The notes beneath the pieces are model-generated. The model was not told the DNA's origin, searched no databases, and worked only from the letters and a program-made list of their open reading frames with translations. DNA of 63,996 bases, counting the filler, from Dimargaris cristalligena (Eukaryota): NCBI GenBank assembly GCA_003614675.1. It is 6 parts of 6 records of this genome, joined end to end, with 100 filler letters (N's around TTAATTAATTAA, not from the genome) between each part and the next. Parts side by side here need not be neighbours in the genome. Positions count along the whole stretch, not along the records: positions 21,848 to 32,667 come from ML003152.1; positions 32,768 to 43,529 come from ML003154.1; 4 more parts are not named here. One strand, 5' to 3'. Positions within the stretch are counted from its first letter, which is position 1. Every line of letters begins with the position of its first letter. Shown piece by piece: positions 24,753 through 38,470 of this stretch. The translations under genes were made by a program, and so were the position numbers.

Positions 24753-25646
24753 ATGTCCACCGCCGATCTACCCGACCTCGCTCCCTTTGAGCAAGCTGCC
24801 GCCAAGCGGACCGAAGCCACGACGGGCGGCGAGACCCAGCTCGTTACCCCGGGCGAACCCATCACCTCAAATACCGCCTTCATGCGGGGCCACGGGACCT
24901 ATGTCGAAGAAGGCGTGGTAATTTCCGCCCTCGCCGGGGTGGTGGAACGTATCAACAAACTCGTGACGGTACGGGCCCTCAAGGCGCGGTACGCGGGGGA
25001 AATCGGGGACGTGGTCGTGGGCCGCATTACCAGTCTGGCGGAGAAGCGCTGGCGTGTGGACCTCAATTCGCGCCAGAACGGGGTCCTGGCCCTCTCGTCC
25101 ATCAATTTACCAGGGGGGGTTCAGCGGCGTAAGTCCGAATCCGACGAACTACGCATGCGTACGTTTTTCGCCGAAGGCGATTTGGTGGTGGCCGAAATCC
25201 AGTCCCTCTACGGCGACGGAGCCATCGCGATCCACACCCGTAGTCTCAAGTACGGCAAACTGCGCAACGGGACTTTGGTCACCATTCCCCCGGCCCTGGT
25301 CCAGCGGAGCCGCACCCATTTCTACGCCATCCCGTGCGGGGTGGACGTGATTTTGGGCCTCAATGGGTATATTTGGGTGAGCAAACACGTGGATCCCCAG
25401 GCGATTGAAGCGAACCCCGAGGAGGTGTACTCGAACGTCAATGACCCCATCACCGCTGAGGAACGCACCAACGTTGCCCGGGTGGCCAACTGCATCCGCG
25501 CCCTCAGTCGCCAGTTTATTCATATCCACGATACCGCCATTGTCTACGCTTACGAAGCGTCGCTAAGGTTCCCCATCAGTGACCTCGTCACCGATAGTGT
25601 ATCAAGCGAAATCGCGATGGAGGTCCGGGCTAAACTGCAGTCCTAA
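24753..25646 (+). CDS. RRP4: Exosome complex RNA-binding subunit Rrp4 (EXOSC2)
   Basis: FMRGHGTY, RYAGEIGDVVVGRI, LSSINLPGGVQRRKSESDELRMR, IHTRSLKYGKLRNG, VILGLNGYIW. Confidence 0.97.
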   Translation: MSTADLPDLAPFEQAAAKRTEATTGGETQLVTPGEPITSNTAFMRGHGTYVEEGVVISALAGVVERINKLVTVRALKARYAGEIGDVVVGRITSLAEKRWRVDLNSRQNGVLALSSINLPGGVQRRKSESDELRMRTFFAEGDLVVAEIQSLYGDGAIAIHTRSLKYGKLRNGTLVTIPPALVQRSRTHFYAIPCGVDVILGLNGYIWVSKHVDPQAIEANPEEVYSNVNDPITAEERTNVARVANCIRALSRQFIHIHDTAIVYAYEASLRFPISDLVTDSVSSEIAMEVRAKLQS

Positions 25647-26718
25647 GCCGATGAAACGCCGCGGTTGGACTGGCCATTAGACATTGTCAATGATTTTAAA
25701 AATAAACTTAAAGGAGCGGCGGACTGAGTAGTGCCATACATTGATCCCTCGAACGACCACTGCAATAACTATAAAAAACATGATCCGAATTGAACGAGTT
25801 GTAGGTGGGCTGGTGAAGTAAACACCGGATACCACTAGATAGTAACGTAGGCAGTGGGGAGCCGCTGAGGGCTAGCCAAAGGGCTCTTCACTTGATAGGC
25901 AAGGGATAAGAGCGCAGACAACCTTACTTCTTCTGCTATTTTAATAACTTGTGTTTCAATTTATAGGCTCGTCTCGGAAAACCCCCAGTGATTAAATTGG
26001 GGGTTACTAGTCTTTGAAATTAATACACTAGACTAGTCTCTACCGCGGGGCTTTATTGATGCTTAAAATTTTGCGGAATAAAGGTTGATGTTGGCACAAC
26101 TCAACCGGCTGATGTCACACAGTCGTGGGTGCTTCCATTTGGTCGAGGCAGTCGTAATCCGCCATTGCCCATGAATAAGAAGCAGCCGTATTGATTGATC
26201 ACTTGATGGTTCAAACGTTCGTTTAAAGCGGAATGGCCGCGTAGTCCATTTTATTTTACAGCTGGGAACGTCATTCATTACTAGTTCCTATCACCTCATT
26301 GATAACGGATATGCCAAACTGGACTGGTATTTAGTTAATAGACTAATCAAATAGTACGCCTGTCTAGTCGCGTAGGCTAGCTGACACTGCTCCCCCGCCC
26401 TATTTATAAAAGAGGCAAGGAATTCTAAAACCCTTATAGGGTCAAGATCCTTTTACTTGCCAGTTGTATATTCAGCCCTTTAAAGGGAATGTGGGGAAAA
26501 TAAATAGGGTGCAACAGCTTCTTTTCTTATCTACTTTATTAAACCCCCTTATCTTCGGCCACTAGCAGTAGTAGTTATAGTATATTGGTGCCCCTCGGTT
26601 CTCTTTCCCTTTGGATTCCCTCTCTATCTCCCTTTTTTCTCTCCTTCACTTTATCATATCTTTCCTTTTTAAAAAAATCCCCACGCGGACGCCCCGTGGG
26701 TCGGGCCTCCTCTCCATC

Positions 26719-28098
26719 ATGACCACCGTCCTCCATGCCTTCGACTACAGCGTGTACTATTCCAGCTGGCGGTTCGCCCAGGGCTTCATCCTAGGCCAAA
26801 TCTTCGTTATTGCCCTTATCATACTTGTTATCCGGTACCTCCTTCTCGACGATCCCACCGCAGTTTCCAAGCGGCGCTCCGCATCTAGCCGCCGGGCATC
26901 CTTGCATCGCTCCATGAATTTGGGGGCACAAGGGGCCACTCCTCCAGTTTCCGCTCCCACATCGGCTATTCGCCAGAGTCTTCGGCGATTGGAATCCTTC
27001 GTGGGTAAGTTAGTCAATTCCGGCGATTGAACCACCCTCACTCCATGGGTCTAAGCCGTGGGTATCGGCTACTACTAAAGGCCTTTTATAGCCTAAGTAT
27101 ATCACCCTGTTCTATCATGCACGAGTCCCAGGTCATGATGCTTTAGGAAGACTGGCCAAAGGTATATATACCCCATTTACCACCTATCAAGGAAGTATCA
27201 CTAACTGTATCGCTTATACTACTGCCTCACCCTCTTTTCTACGCTAGGCAATCTCCCCCCCTTTGCCGAGCCCAATCCCTTGGATTTCACCACCCGGGCC
27301 AACCATGTAGCTAATATGCGCCAGGGCAATGCCCAACACCCGGATATTCGGCATTTGTTCGAGCACATTGGGCTCAATTTTGCGCACGCCAAAACCGAGA
27401 GCTGCGAATGGATCAACCTATTTGTCGCCCAGGCGCTCCTGCGGTACCGCGCCAACACGACCCTGCAGAATCTCTGGATCCACCGCCTCACCAAGTGGGT
27501 CAACTCGCCCGAGGTTCGGCCGTCCCTTCTCTCGCCCATCACCATCACGGCCCTGCACTTCGGGACGGGGTTTCCCATCATTAAATCGGTCAAGATCCAC
27601 CCCCTCGTCAATGAAAACACACTACAGTGGCACTTTAGTGTGGACCTATCCGACCAGCTGGCCGTAGGCATTGATGTCAAAATTCTGTTAAATTGGCCCA
27701 AGTCCTCCCTCGCTGCCCTACCCGTTTCCCTGGTGGTATCGTTGGTGAAATTTACTGGCAAGATCAGCGTCGAGTTTTTACCCAACGACCCCTTGTCCGT
27801 CGCGGTGTCGGTGTTGCCCGGCTATGAGCTCGAATTGGATACCCAGAGTCTGATTGGACACCGGGCCAAAGTCCAGAGTCTCCCGAAAATCAAGGAGCTG
27901 ATTGAAGGCCGCATTTTGGCCGAATTCGATAAGCATCTGGTCGCTCCCGCATTCAAAATTATCCCTCTACCTACTTTTCTTTCAAGTGGCGGTTCGGCCA
28001 GTCGTCGTTCAGCCGCCACCACCGCCACCGATCCACCCTCAGGCACAGACGCGAAAATTCGGTCCCGCCCCTTCCGGTGGTCGGAAACCCAAACCTAG
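26719..28098 (+). CDS. MMM1: ERMES subunit Mmm1 (TM + SMP domain); intron 27005-27247
   Basis: FAQGFILGQIFVIALIILVIRYLL TM, ESCEWINLFVAQ, LLNWPKSSLAALPVSLVVSLVKFTGK, SLIGHRAKVQSLPKIKELIE. G|GTAAGT...CTAG phase-1 intron restores the frame. Confidence 0.88.
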
Positions 28099-29363
28099 AT
28101 GTTATATTTTCTTTGCCCTGTCTTGTCTTGCCCCCCTCCGTTCCAACGGAACGAGGTTATTTATAAAAGTCGGGTTCCAGCCCACGATCGATAGAAAGCT
28201 GCTTCGACCATCTCTGGGGTACATTTACCCACTCTCTTTTGGGCCTTTTGATCGTAGATATTATTCCAAGGCCTATCTAGCGTTGCTCTATTCAGGGGTT
28301 CGCCCTGTTCTACCGCTTGCTCATATTGCGGTATAGAAGATTGCTGGGGTATTCGTTAGGATCAGCCGGCTAGAAAACTGATAGTTTATGCTGTTTTTTT
28401 CCTCGTACCTGTATTTGTATTTTGGCTATTTTTATTTTTATTTTGCTTCAAATTAGTCAGCAGGAATCACCATCTTTTTCATAAAGGTCCAGAATTCTTT
28501 CTGAATCATTTAGCTGCCAATGGTGACGTCCTTTATTTGGAGCTGTCATTGCACAGGTTTGACCCAGTTTGTTCGGTTAATAGTTTGCCCAGGGGACTTG
28601 TTGATTTATCCCCTACATGCCCTTTGCGTATATGGATGCTGTGGCGGCGTGCACTGGGCAAACCTGTATGGGCAGCGAGTCTATTAATAGTGAGTAGGCG
28701 TTCTGGGCTGCTCAGTGAATACCCTATGAGACCTGGGATAATATCTGTAACAGTTAATGGGCCATTCCAACATTGGCCCGGGTCTAATAATCCCTTCATG
28801 AGGCAATTACGGCGACGTAGATTAATTACGAAAGGAGGGGTGTCCTTTACCCTGACCATTCTAAGAATTAAACTCGTATTTTAATAGTGCCATTTCTATG
28901 TGTATATAATAAGTGCGCGAGTATGTGAGAGGAGAAGCAGGGGAACCACCAATCACAGTAACGAACACCCGGGCCTGACTCATTATGGCATTCGCCTATT
29001 TAACCGGCGGTGGTCGACGAGTGATGGGGATAGGCTGTACTCCGCCCAGTCAGAACCATAAAGAGTAATAATAGGCTGGAGAAACCCCCCCCCCACATAT
29101 CGCGACCGCCACGATTTATCGCTGAAAGCTTCGGAAATAGTATTAAAGACGGGGCCTTCCCCGCTGCTCCGCTCATGAAATAGACCATCCTTGACTGCTT
29201 GCTGCTTCACTATTTTTACTGCTGTTTAGATATCAGTCTCAATCCGATTTACTCCATATACGCTCTTAGTGGCCCTGCTCCACTTTCTTCTAGTCTTCGC
29301 CCTCTGCTCCTTCCCATTGCTTCTCCCCCGATCTTACTTATACTATATATACATATATTCACT

Positions 29364-31681
29364 ATGGCTGCTCAATTGAAAGCTGCTTTCACCAAGTGCC
29401 GTGAACAAGGTTAGTGCGACCCTCCGAATAGGAAGCGGCAAATAATCCGGATACTAACTCCTCCTCTCCCGACAATTTAACAGTCCCGAGGGGTCCAGTG
29501 CATCGTACGACCCTCTAAAAAAAAGGGGGGGAGGTGGGAAGTAATACCCCTCGGCTCCTATAGAGATTCCCGGCCGCCTACACACGCTAAACCCTGTAAA
29601 TATATTACTATGGCTCCATCCACAACGCCCCTTGTACTTCGCTAGGTCGCCCCGCATTGGTGACTTACATCACCGCCGGCTATCCCACCGCTGATTGTAC
29701 TCCCGATGTACTCCTCGCTGTCCAGCGCGGTGGTGCCGACGTGATTGAACTCGGTCTACCTTTTACCGATCCCGTGGCTGACGGACCCGCCATCCAGGTG
29801 GCCCATTTCGTCTCCCTCCAGAACGGCACCGACCTGGACCGCTGTTTGGACATGGTCAAGCAGGCCCGGGCCGCCGGTCTGACCGTGCCCGTCGTGTTGA
29901 TGGGCTACTACAACCCTGTGTACATTTACGGCGAGGACCGCTTCGTGCAAAAATCGGTGGAGGCCGGAGCCCAGGGCTTCATTATGGTCGATCTGCCCCC
30001 CGAAGAAGCCGCCTCGTTCCGTCGTACGTGCGTGAGTCACGGCATGAGCTACATCCCCTTGGTGACCCCCGTGACGAGCCGGCAGCGCATCGCCCGCCTC
30101 GCGGAATTGGCCGATAGTTTCATTTATGCCGTCAGCCGGATGGGTGTGACCGGAGCCCGGGACCAGACGAGTGAGGAACTGCCCGCGTTCCTGAGTCGTA
30201 TCCGCGAGTACGCTACCGTGCCCATTGCCGTGGGGTTCGGCCTGTCCACCCCGGAACACTTCCGTGATGTGGGCGAAATGGCCGATGGTGCGGTGGTGGG
30301 TAGTAAACTCATTTCCCTGCTCAAGGAGAGCAAGCCCGAGAACCGCTGCAAGGCCGTGGAGGATTTCTGCCGTCAAATGACCTCCCTGGCCCACCCCGGC
30401 CGGTCCACTATTTCCCCGAGTGCCGCGGCTACCCCATCGACCGCCTCGGCCGCCGCCGCCAGCGACTTGCCCGATCCCGCACGGTTCGGTGGGTTCGGGG
30501 GGCAGTACGTTCCCGAAGCCCTATTTAACTGTTTGGAGGAGCTGACGGCTGCGTACACGGAAGCCAAGAACGATCCGGCCTTCTGGCAGGAGATTGAGGA
30601 TCTGTACGACTACACCGGCCGTCCCTCCAAACTCCAATTCGCCGACCGCCTCACCGACCACTGCCAAGGCGCCCAGATTTGGCTAAAGCGGGAGGACCTC
30701 AACCATACCGGGTCCCACAAGATCAACAACGCCATTGGCCAGATTCTGTTGGCCAAGCGGCTGGGCAAGACCCGTATCATCGCCGAAACCGGGGCCGGAC
30801 AGCACGGAGTGGCCACAGCTACCGTGTGCGCCAAATTCGGGTTCGAGTGCGTCGTGTACATGGGATCCGAAGATACCCGCCGCCAGGCCCTTAACGTCTT
30901 CCGCATGCGCCTATTGGGCGCCACCGTCGTACCCGTTTCGAGCGGATCGTGTACCCTCAAGGACGCCACCAACGAAGCCATGCGCGACTGGGTGACCAAT
31001 GTGGTGAACACACATTACATAATCGGATCGGCCATCGGTCCCCACCCGTTCCCCACGCTGGTGCGCGATTTCCAGTCCGTGATTGGGCGCGAGACCCGCC
31101 AACAGCTGATGGCTAAAATCGGCAAATTGCCCGATGCCGTGGTGGCCTGCGTCGGCGGTGGCAGTAATGCCATCGGGATGTTCCACCCGTTCATTCAGGA
31201 ACCAACGGTCCGCCTGATCGGCGTAGAAGCGGCGGGTGACGGGGTGGATACGGACAAGCACTCAGCGACCTTGACCCGCGGTACCCTCGGGGTCTTCCAC
31301 GGTACCCACACCTACCTGCTCCAGGACGCCAACGGGCAAATCATGGAAACCCACAGCATCAGTGCTGGCCTGGACTACCCCGGGGTGGGACCGGAACACT
31401 CCTTCCTGCACTTTACCCGGCGGGCCGAATACGTGGCGGCCTCCAACAAGGACTGTCTGACCGGGTTCCGCGCCCTTTCCCAGTTGGAAGGCATAATCCC
31501 GGCGCTGGAATCGTCCCACGCCGTTTACGCCGCCATGGAACTGGCTAAGACTTTACCCAAGGAACAGAACATCGTGATTTGTGTCAGCGGACGGGGTGAT
31601 AAGGACGTCCATACTGTCACGGAAGTTCTGCCGACTCTGGGTCCCCAGATTGGTTGGGATTTGCGCCTGGAAGACCAGTAA
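29364..31681 (+). CDS. TRP5: Tryptophan synthase, fungal alpha-beta fusion; intron 29410-29645
   Basis: Alpha motifs [18 protein letters not shown] and SRMGVTG; beta motifs [16 protein letters not shown] (PLP lysine), [29 protein letters not shown]. Exon 1 [15 protein letters not shown] splices in frame. Confidence 0.98.
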
Positions 31682-32667
31682 GAAAAAAAGAGAGAGAGAG
31701 GGAGGGGGGGGGATGTTGTGTCCCTGGGGCATTCATAACTGGTAATATTGTTTCCGGTAGGAAATTATAACCCTCCACACCCATTCCCTTGGCTTTTCGC
31801 CTAAGAGCTCGATGGTAAGGATCCTCATAATGGAGAGGATACTTGAAAAATATCGATTCGAAAACCAATAAAATGATGAATAATACCTATTGATTCCCAC
31901 CGGAAATAAAATCTCTAAACCGCGCTAAAGCGGCGGTCAATTACTATAATGCGTAGAAGGGTTAAGTGAGTGTACCAGTGGACGGAAACTGACGTCCAGG
32001 GGATAATTGATACATCCATCACGTAAGTTATAATAGGCCTTGTATGACCAAAGAATGATAGATTTGAACGGGCGATGAGTTTCTGTAGGTAATGGTGGTA
32101 GGTTCTAAAAATATTATACGCATGTGATTGACCATATCACCTATGAAGGCTTGGGGTTGGCTATGGATGGATTCAATAACCTTCCGTTGCAGAACTAGGA
32201 ATTGATGAAGCCCAGCCCCCAAAGATGAAGTGAAGAAACATTCTTCTACCGCGAGGCATGGTGACATACATTATCTCATGGAACAGGCTATTGACTAGGT
32301 GGCCGGATGGGGATGCCCTTGGCCAGCCCATATTCGGTAGCTGGAAGACCCTACAGTGATTTGCACTGGCTCTTCTGGGGAGTTCGGTGGATGATTTTCT
32401 TGAATGCTTGATTGCGTCTTGTTTAAAAGGAAGCTCCTCATTTTATACTCTGGTGTGGGCAGTAGAGGGTCGAATTGGGCCTTCAGTAAGGTATATAAAT
32501 TAGCAACGGTAACCATCCACCCGCGGTGTGTTGTTGATCTAACCCGTCGCACTGTTTTGCATCATTGCTAGTATTATTACCAACCTCTATTAAGCATTAG
32601 CTTGTATTTTATCATTTTACTATAATGGGTCCCAACGGCTGGTCATCGCCCGAAGACAACGGACTTC

Positions 32668-32767
32668 NNNNNNNNNNNNNNNNNNNNNNNNNNNNNNNNN
32701 NNNNNNNNNNNTTAATTAATTAANNNNNNNNNNNNNNNNNNNNNNNNNNNNNNNNNNNNNNNNNNNN
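32668..32767. other. Artificial contig spacer
   Basis: 44N-TTAATTAATTAA-44N. Confidence 0.98.
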
Positions 32768-33459
32768 GCGGAGGTACTTAGACAGATAGGTGATCGTGTT
32801 AAAGGTGGCCTCGACGGTCGAGGGATTTTCCTCCCGGACGCGGGGGATCAGGGCCACCATCAACCGTTCGTAATAGGGAACGAATTCATCCAGGAGATCC
32901 CGGGCCAAAACGCTGACCAGATCCAGGAGAGGAGGCAGGGACAATTGGTCCGCCTTGACCAAATAGTCGGCCAGGAGATCCACGACCTCGGCTTTATGGA
33001 ACAGCAGCTGGGGGAGACTTCCGCAAAAGGGACAGACGTCCAGGTAGAACCGGGTGAAGTGAGAGGTACAGTTCAACTCCTTCCAAGCGGTGAGAGATTC
33101 CTGGAAGTAGGAGCCCTGTACGTCGGGTTCGTCCAGGAATTTGAGGATACGGCGGGTGACATTAATCTCGACATGCTCGAGGCGGGCACGAAAGGATTGG
33201 AACTGGGGAGGGAGGGATCGCCGATTATAGTAGGAGATATGGTTGGATCATTCAGAGGGTTAGATGAAGTTGGGGTTGATAAAGAACCATAATAGAAAAA
33301 TATTCAATAAAGTGCTCATGCACGTCGAAGAGATCGGATCGGCGGAGAGGGTTCGGTAAGATTCACGGCTGACTCGGTAGGACTTTGAGTGATACTTACT
33401 TTAAAGCGGGACTTCCCGGTCTGTTGGTTGACCACGACGGCTCGGTTGGAATCGGCCAT
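32768..33459 (-). CDS. UTP20: U3 snoRNP/SSU processome HEAT protein Utp20, N-terminal part (truncated by contig end); intron 33399-33203
   Basis: Spliced product MADSNRAVVVNQQTGKSRFK|FQSFRARLEHVEINV...SYFQESLTAWKELNCTSHFTRF...SLPQLLFHK...LLDLVSVLARDL matches the conserved Utp20 N-terminus. Confidence 0.9.
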
Positions 33460-33813
33460 GGCGAAGGAATTGAAGATAAAAGTCGGACGGAGAGTTCGTT
33501 GCGAATGGAATGAAGTTCCGAAGACGAGTGGCTTGACGGGGAAGCTGGTCAAGTGTGGGGATTCCCTCGGGATGGTAATAGCTAAGAGAGAAAAAAAAAC
33601 TAGCTAGGAGTGTGACGTGATAATATTAAAAAAACGAGCAATAGCGGAAAAGGTGGAGCGGCTTTAGAGTTTCGGGTCGAATCCAACGCAGGTCGAATGG
33701 CCGGCCTAGTCAAAAACACTCGTATGAATTAAAAGAACCTTCGCGGGTCAAACGCAAGGCAAGCTGAAGTTAAAGGAACTGAACGAGGCTCCATTAGCCG
33801 GTGGTTTTTACAT

Positions 33814-33837
33814 TATATATATATATATATATATATA
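33814..33837. repeat. (TA)n microsatellite in the UTP20/TFIP11 divergent intergenic region
   Basis: About 12 TA units; similar runs near 15290 and 36660. Confidence 0.9.
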
Positions 33838-34322
33838 TTTATCCCTTATGGTCTTTTGGTTTATTTGCCCAATGCAAAAAAAGAAGAAAAAAAAATGGCG
33901 GTACACCAATGAATATCGTAAGCTCTCTCCCTATAGCCTACTTGGACAGCAGTTGGTGCTGCTTATCGCACGCACTTTGCCATTCGTCTTATAATATACT
34001 CCGTGTACCAATCTAGATTGCCGTATTATAGAAGAGCCTTGTCCACAGCCAAATTCAATATCTGACCGGCGGAATATTAGGACACCCGCGTCGCAAACAG
34101 CCCAATAATTAAATCCATAGTCAAAAGCCTTGCCGTCACGGCTGCGGGTAAAGCCGTCCGTCATACTTTGGCCATTAGCTCCTAATGTAGGGATCCCTCT
34201 GACTATAATGGCCAACCCATGGTGAGGAGAGACCCAGCTGCATTCCTCTCATTGCTGCCATCTTCTTGCTTGAGTCATTTGGTCCATTGCATTGTCTCTC
34301 TTCCTATATACTTCACCAAGCC

Positions 34323-37314
34323 ATGCAGGTCTCCTCCTCTTCTTCCGCCACCTCCGCTTCGGACTCGGATTCGGATGCCCCCGTGTCACCACCACCCCAG
34401 ACTCATCCCAGGAGCGATTCGGAAGCTTCCGACGAACCTGAACTCATTGACCTGGATGCCATTCAAGAGACCCGCCCTACCTTGGGCTTAGGGGCCAGTC
34501 GGCCTTCATTCAATGACTCTCCCCGGTCCGCCGTCCCGCAACGAGCCCCCGCCATCTCCCGACGCGGAGGGCCTGGTAAAGCCCCGGCTGCCCCTAAAAT
34601 CGACCGCGACTTTGGCAAGTTTATGGAACATAGCGGCGGGGCCGCTCTAAAAATGATGACCCGCATGGGCTACACCTTCGGGAAGGGGCTGGGTAAAAAC
34701 AAGGAAGGGATTGTTAACCCCATCGATACCAAGCTGCGGCCCGGTAAAATGGGTCTGGCCTACCGCGGGTTTCAAGAGAAAACCAAACCATCCCACAGCG
34801 ATGAACTGAAAAGGTACCAATGGTTAGTTAGTAATTGCACATAGCGGGTCACTCGCTCTCATTGCGCACCAAATATATTGTCCAAAGGATATTAGTCCAC
34901 CGTCTACGTTTTTGCTCATTCTAACACCTCTACCTTCTGTTAAGATACACCGGTCCCTTTAATAGGAAGACCCCCATCGAGACCTCGGATGGAGGGGATT
35001 CTGATAGCTCTCTATCCGACACCGGAATTCAATTCCGAAAAGCCACGGCAACTCGGTCCCGCAAGGAAAAGGTGATTTACCAAACCGCCGATGAGCTCAT
35101 TAGTCGCGTCGAGTCCGTTCTCCAGCGGGAAGCAGTGGCCCAGCCCATGAAAATCATCGACATGCGGGGACCTGAGGTGCGCGAGGTCACCGACTGGGCC
35201 GACCTGAAAGTAACCATCGACACGGCCACTCCCTCGGCCGTACTATCAGATCTAACTCTGAATGACCAGGGTTCGCAGGGCGTAGCCATTGATGAAGACA
35301 TTCGGCTGATTATGGACCTGTCGCGGGCGGACATGGATACCCAGCAACAGGAAGATAAAATCCAATCCCATCGCCTCCGAGCGCTAAACCGGGAACGCGA
35401 AGGAGCCGAAACCACCCTCAAACAACTCCAAGAGGAGATTGCCGCTACAGAAAGCATAGCGGCCTTGACGACCCAGCTCGAAGAACTGGCCCGGGCATTC
35501 CAGCACAGTCCGCTTGATGAACGAATGGCCGTTCTAAGCGAAGCGGAAGACCTGGTGCTTAAACTGCACGTCGACTTTGCTGGGCAATGGTCGAACTGGC
35601 ATTTGGAAGAGCTGGCGGTGTCTCTGCTGGCTAGTAGCTATCAGACTCTATGGGCCGATTGGGTACCTCGGGAAGAACCCGATTTTCTGCTCGACCGGCT
35701 GACCCAATTACGGCCTTGCATGTCCAGCCACGACTACCTTTATCCTGGGGTCGAGGTGGACCCGAGTGCCGGGGCTACCCCACCAACCTTTAATCGACAT
35801 GCCCTAGCCACGGCCCACCACAACTCTATTCAATACTCCCTGTCTACCGAAGACCAGTCTAAGCTACTCTACCTGGACGCCCTCCGAAAAGAAGACACCA
35901 AAATGACCCCCTACGAATCGTTCATTTACCACCTTTGGCTCCCACCGTTACGAAGCGCCATTGTTAACGAATGGCAACTAATACCTACCACCTCCAGTTC
36001 CCGCAGTGCCCGGCCCTCCTCTAAAATCGTGGAGGATGATTGGGCCCTCCGACTATTGGAACTATGGAAACCCCCCTTAGTTCCCTGCTACATTTACCAT
36101 GCCCTGCTTGACCACGTAATTCTCCCCAAGCTACGCCAGGCGGTAGATAATTACCAGTTTAGCCGCTCTGCGTCCGACTTGCATGTCTGGCTCCACCCAT
36201 GGCTACCCATCCTTGGTAAGTTTCAGTGGATCCAGCTCTGCATTATATTAGTGGGAGTTCTTGGTAAACTACGGGTATATGAATATAGGCCCAGTGTAAC
36301 GGCCAGTTTAGTTTCCCGATAAATAGGTCTTGCGTTTTCTAGGCCTGTCCCTTCTGTTTAGGTATAAGACAACCTCCAATGGGTTAGGCTAACAGCTTTT
36401 ATTTGTATTGTTATTGCTATATTTACTTCACTGCCCATCTTCATAATGGCTGGTCCGTAGGTACCAAAATGACCAGTATAATCCAGTCGGTCCACCACAA
36501 GCTCGGTATAGCTCTCAAGCGTTGGCATCCATCAGAATCATACGGGCTGACAATGCTCAGTCCCTGGAAATACGTAAGTTGATGTTTCGATAACTTCATC
36601 ATTTTTATGCACCCGCTTTTACTTGGGAGCTACATGGCTGGACCATGCCTAGAATGGTATATATATATATATATAGGCCAATATTCACACTTCACTTTAT
36701 ATATCTATTTTTAAACATTTCTTTTACTTTGTGGACAATTGACTAGGTTCTCTCTCACTCGGAGTTTACTAAGCTGATCACCAAATACGTCCTCCCTAAA
36801 CTCAAGTCGTGTTTGCGTAATGAATTCACCATTGATCCACGGGACCAGAAAATAGGTAAGAAACTTCAATATAGGGTGATCGTGCTGGCTCATATAAACA
36901 TGGCGGCGGATAGCTCTGGACTTTACTTACGCTTACTTACTGCATTCCGATCAACCTAAGCTACGGCATGAACTCCATTTGTGCTAACTGAACTTTTTAT
37001 AATACCCATTCCACATGGTATATAAAACCAATGCCCCTTTTTTACTCGTCTTAGATGCCTTCGAATGGGTCACCCGGTGGCACGACCTAATTACACCACT
37101 TCTACTTGGCGATGTGATAGTAACTGAATTCTTCCCCCAGTGGCACCACACTTTACAAATATGGCTAGCCCATTCGCCCGATTTTGAACAAGTTATGCAG
37201 TGGTACCTGTGGTGGAAGAGCCTATTCCCTGAAGCACTAGCCAAGTATCCGAAGATAGCCGCGGAATTCCGTAATGGAGTGGATGTTATCAATAGACGAG
37301 CGACATCAGGTTAG
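34323..37314 (+). CDS. TFIP11: G-patch spliceosome disassembly factor TFIP11/Ntr1/Spp382; exons ~34323-34813, 34945-36215, 36461-36573, 36747-36855, 37055-37314
   Basis: G-patch GAALKMMTRMGYTFGKGLGKNKEGIVNPI; KIIDMRGPE; GCFC-region motifs MTPYESFIYHLWLP, LHVWLHPWLP, KLGIALKRWHPS, EFFPQWHHTLQIWL..WYLWWK. Four GT-AG introns keep the frame. Confidence 0.9.
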
Positions 37315-38470
37315 GACAAATCAACTCAAATTCGGATGGATCCAGTTGATGTTCCCCTGGACGTGACAAGTTAATAAATGTCATTTTGTTTGCTGTTTTA
37401 GAATATTATTTCGGTATGTTCGATTTGAGAGTTTTACGGTAATTATTGAATCTATGAGATCCGCTGTAAAATGAAAGTGGTTGAACACTGACCTAACCCT
37501 GCCTGCTTGATATATGGTTGATGGTTACTAAATAACGCCAGTATTCCAATTGGGGCAGGGAGGGGCTGCCTGAGCTTATATCATTAGGGTGGGCGATCTA
37601 AAGGTTCATCATCTATACACATACCCCTTTCCTTACATTTGCCCTTCCACACTGGTACCCTAACCATAGAGCGACCTGAGCGATTCAGGTATATCACCGA
37701 GTGAATCGAAGGAATTGGGGGTGAGGAGCTGCGACTAATGGTCCCCGCCAATTGAAATATAGTGTCCACGTGATCCCAATTTAATCAAAACCTAGGCCAT
37801 TTCCCCTCCCCAACTACCGGATTGCGGTGATGATGGGCAAGAAACCCTTATTTTGGAATCACGGTCCGTACAGTCTACACCACCACCCTTTCTACACTAC
37901 AGCGACACTTCATTGCTATTATGAACTTTAATTGAATGTTTGTTGCCAATAAAGTCCATTCAGCTATATATTAAAGGAGTCCTTATTTTGTGGGCGTGGC
38001 CTGGTCAATTAGTAAAGTAATGGATAGTATTTACAAAGCGAACCCGTTTAGCGCACACCCACAGCGCATAACAGGATTAAATGATCAAGCAGTATGGTGG
38101 TATAGCACATGTAGATAGCCATGCAGACGCTTGTCCTTCACCTGTGCCTTTATCAGCTCCCGAAAGACCCTTAAGAGCGCTGCCTACCCCAAGGATTCCC
38201 AATCGCTTTACAGCTTTCCCCATTGGATTTACAACTACTTGCCCTACACATACTTCCTAAGCCACTGCTTATATTTTATTTACGGAGCCGTTCACTGCTT
38301 TTAGTATTACTTGGCCCATTCGACCCACGCGCCTGGCGTTATATTCCATTTTTGTAGCTCGCATTGGTGTTTACGCTCCAACCGGCAGTACCCTCCTCCT
38401 CTTCCACACGCTACGCCGGACTTTCTAACCCCACCTTCTCCCCGCATTTCCCTCCTATCCGCTACCAACC

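Noticed and set aside
29364..31681. Tryptophan synthase alpha-beta fusion as a novelty, or RRP4-MMM1-TRP5 as a cluster
   Set aside because: The fusion is the standard fungal form and the neighbours are functionally unrelated housekeeping genes.
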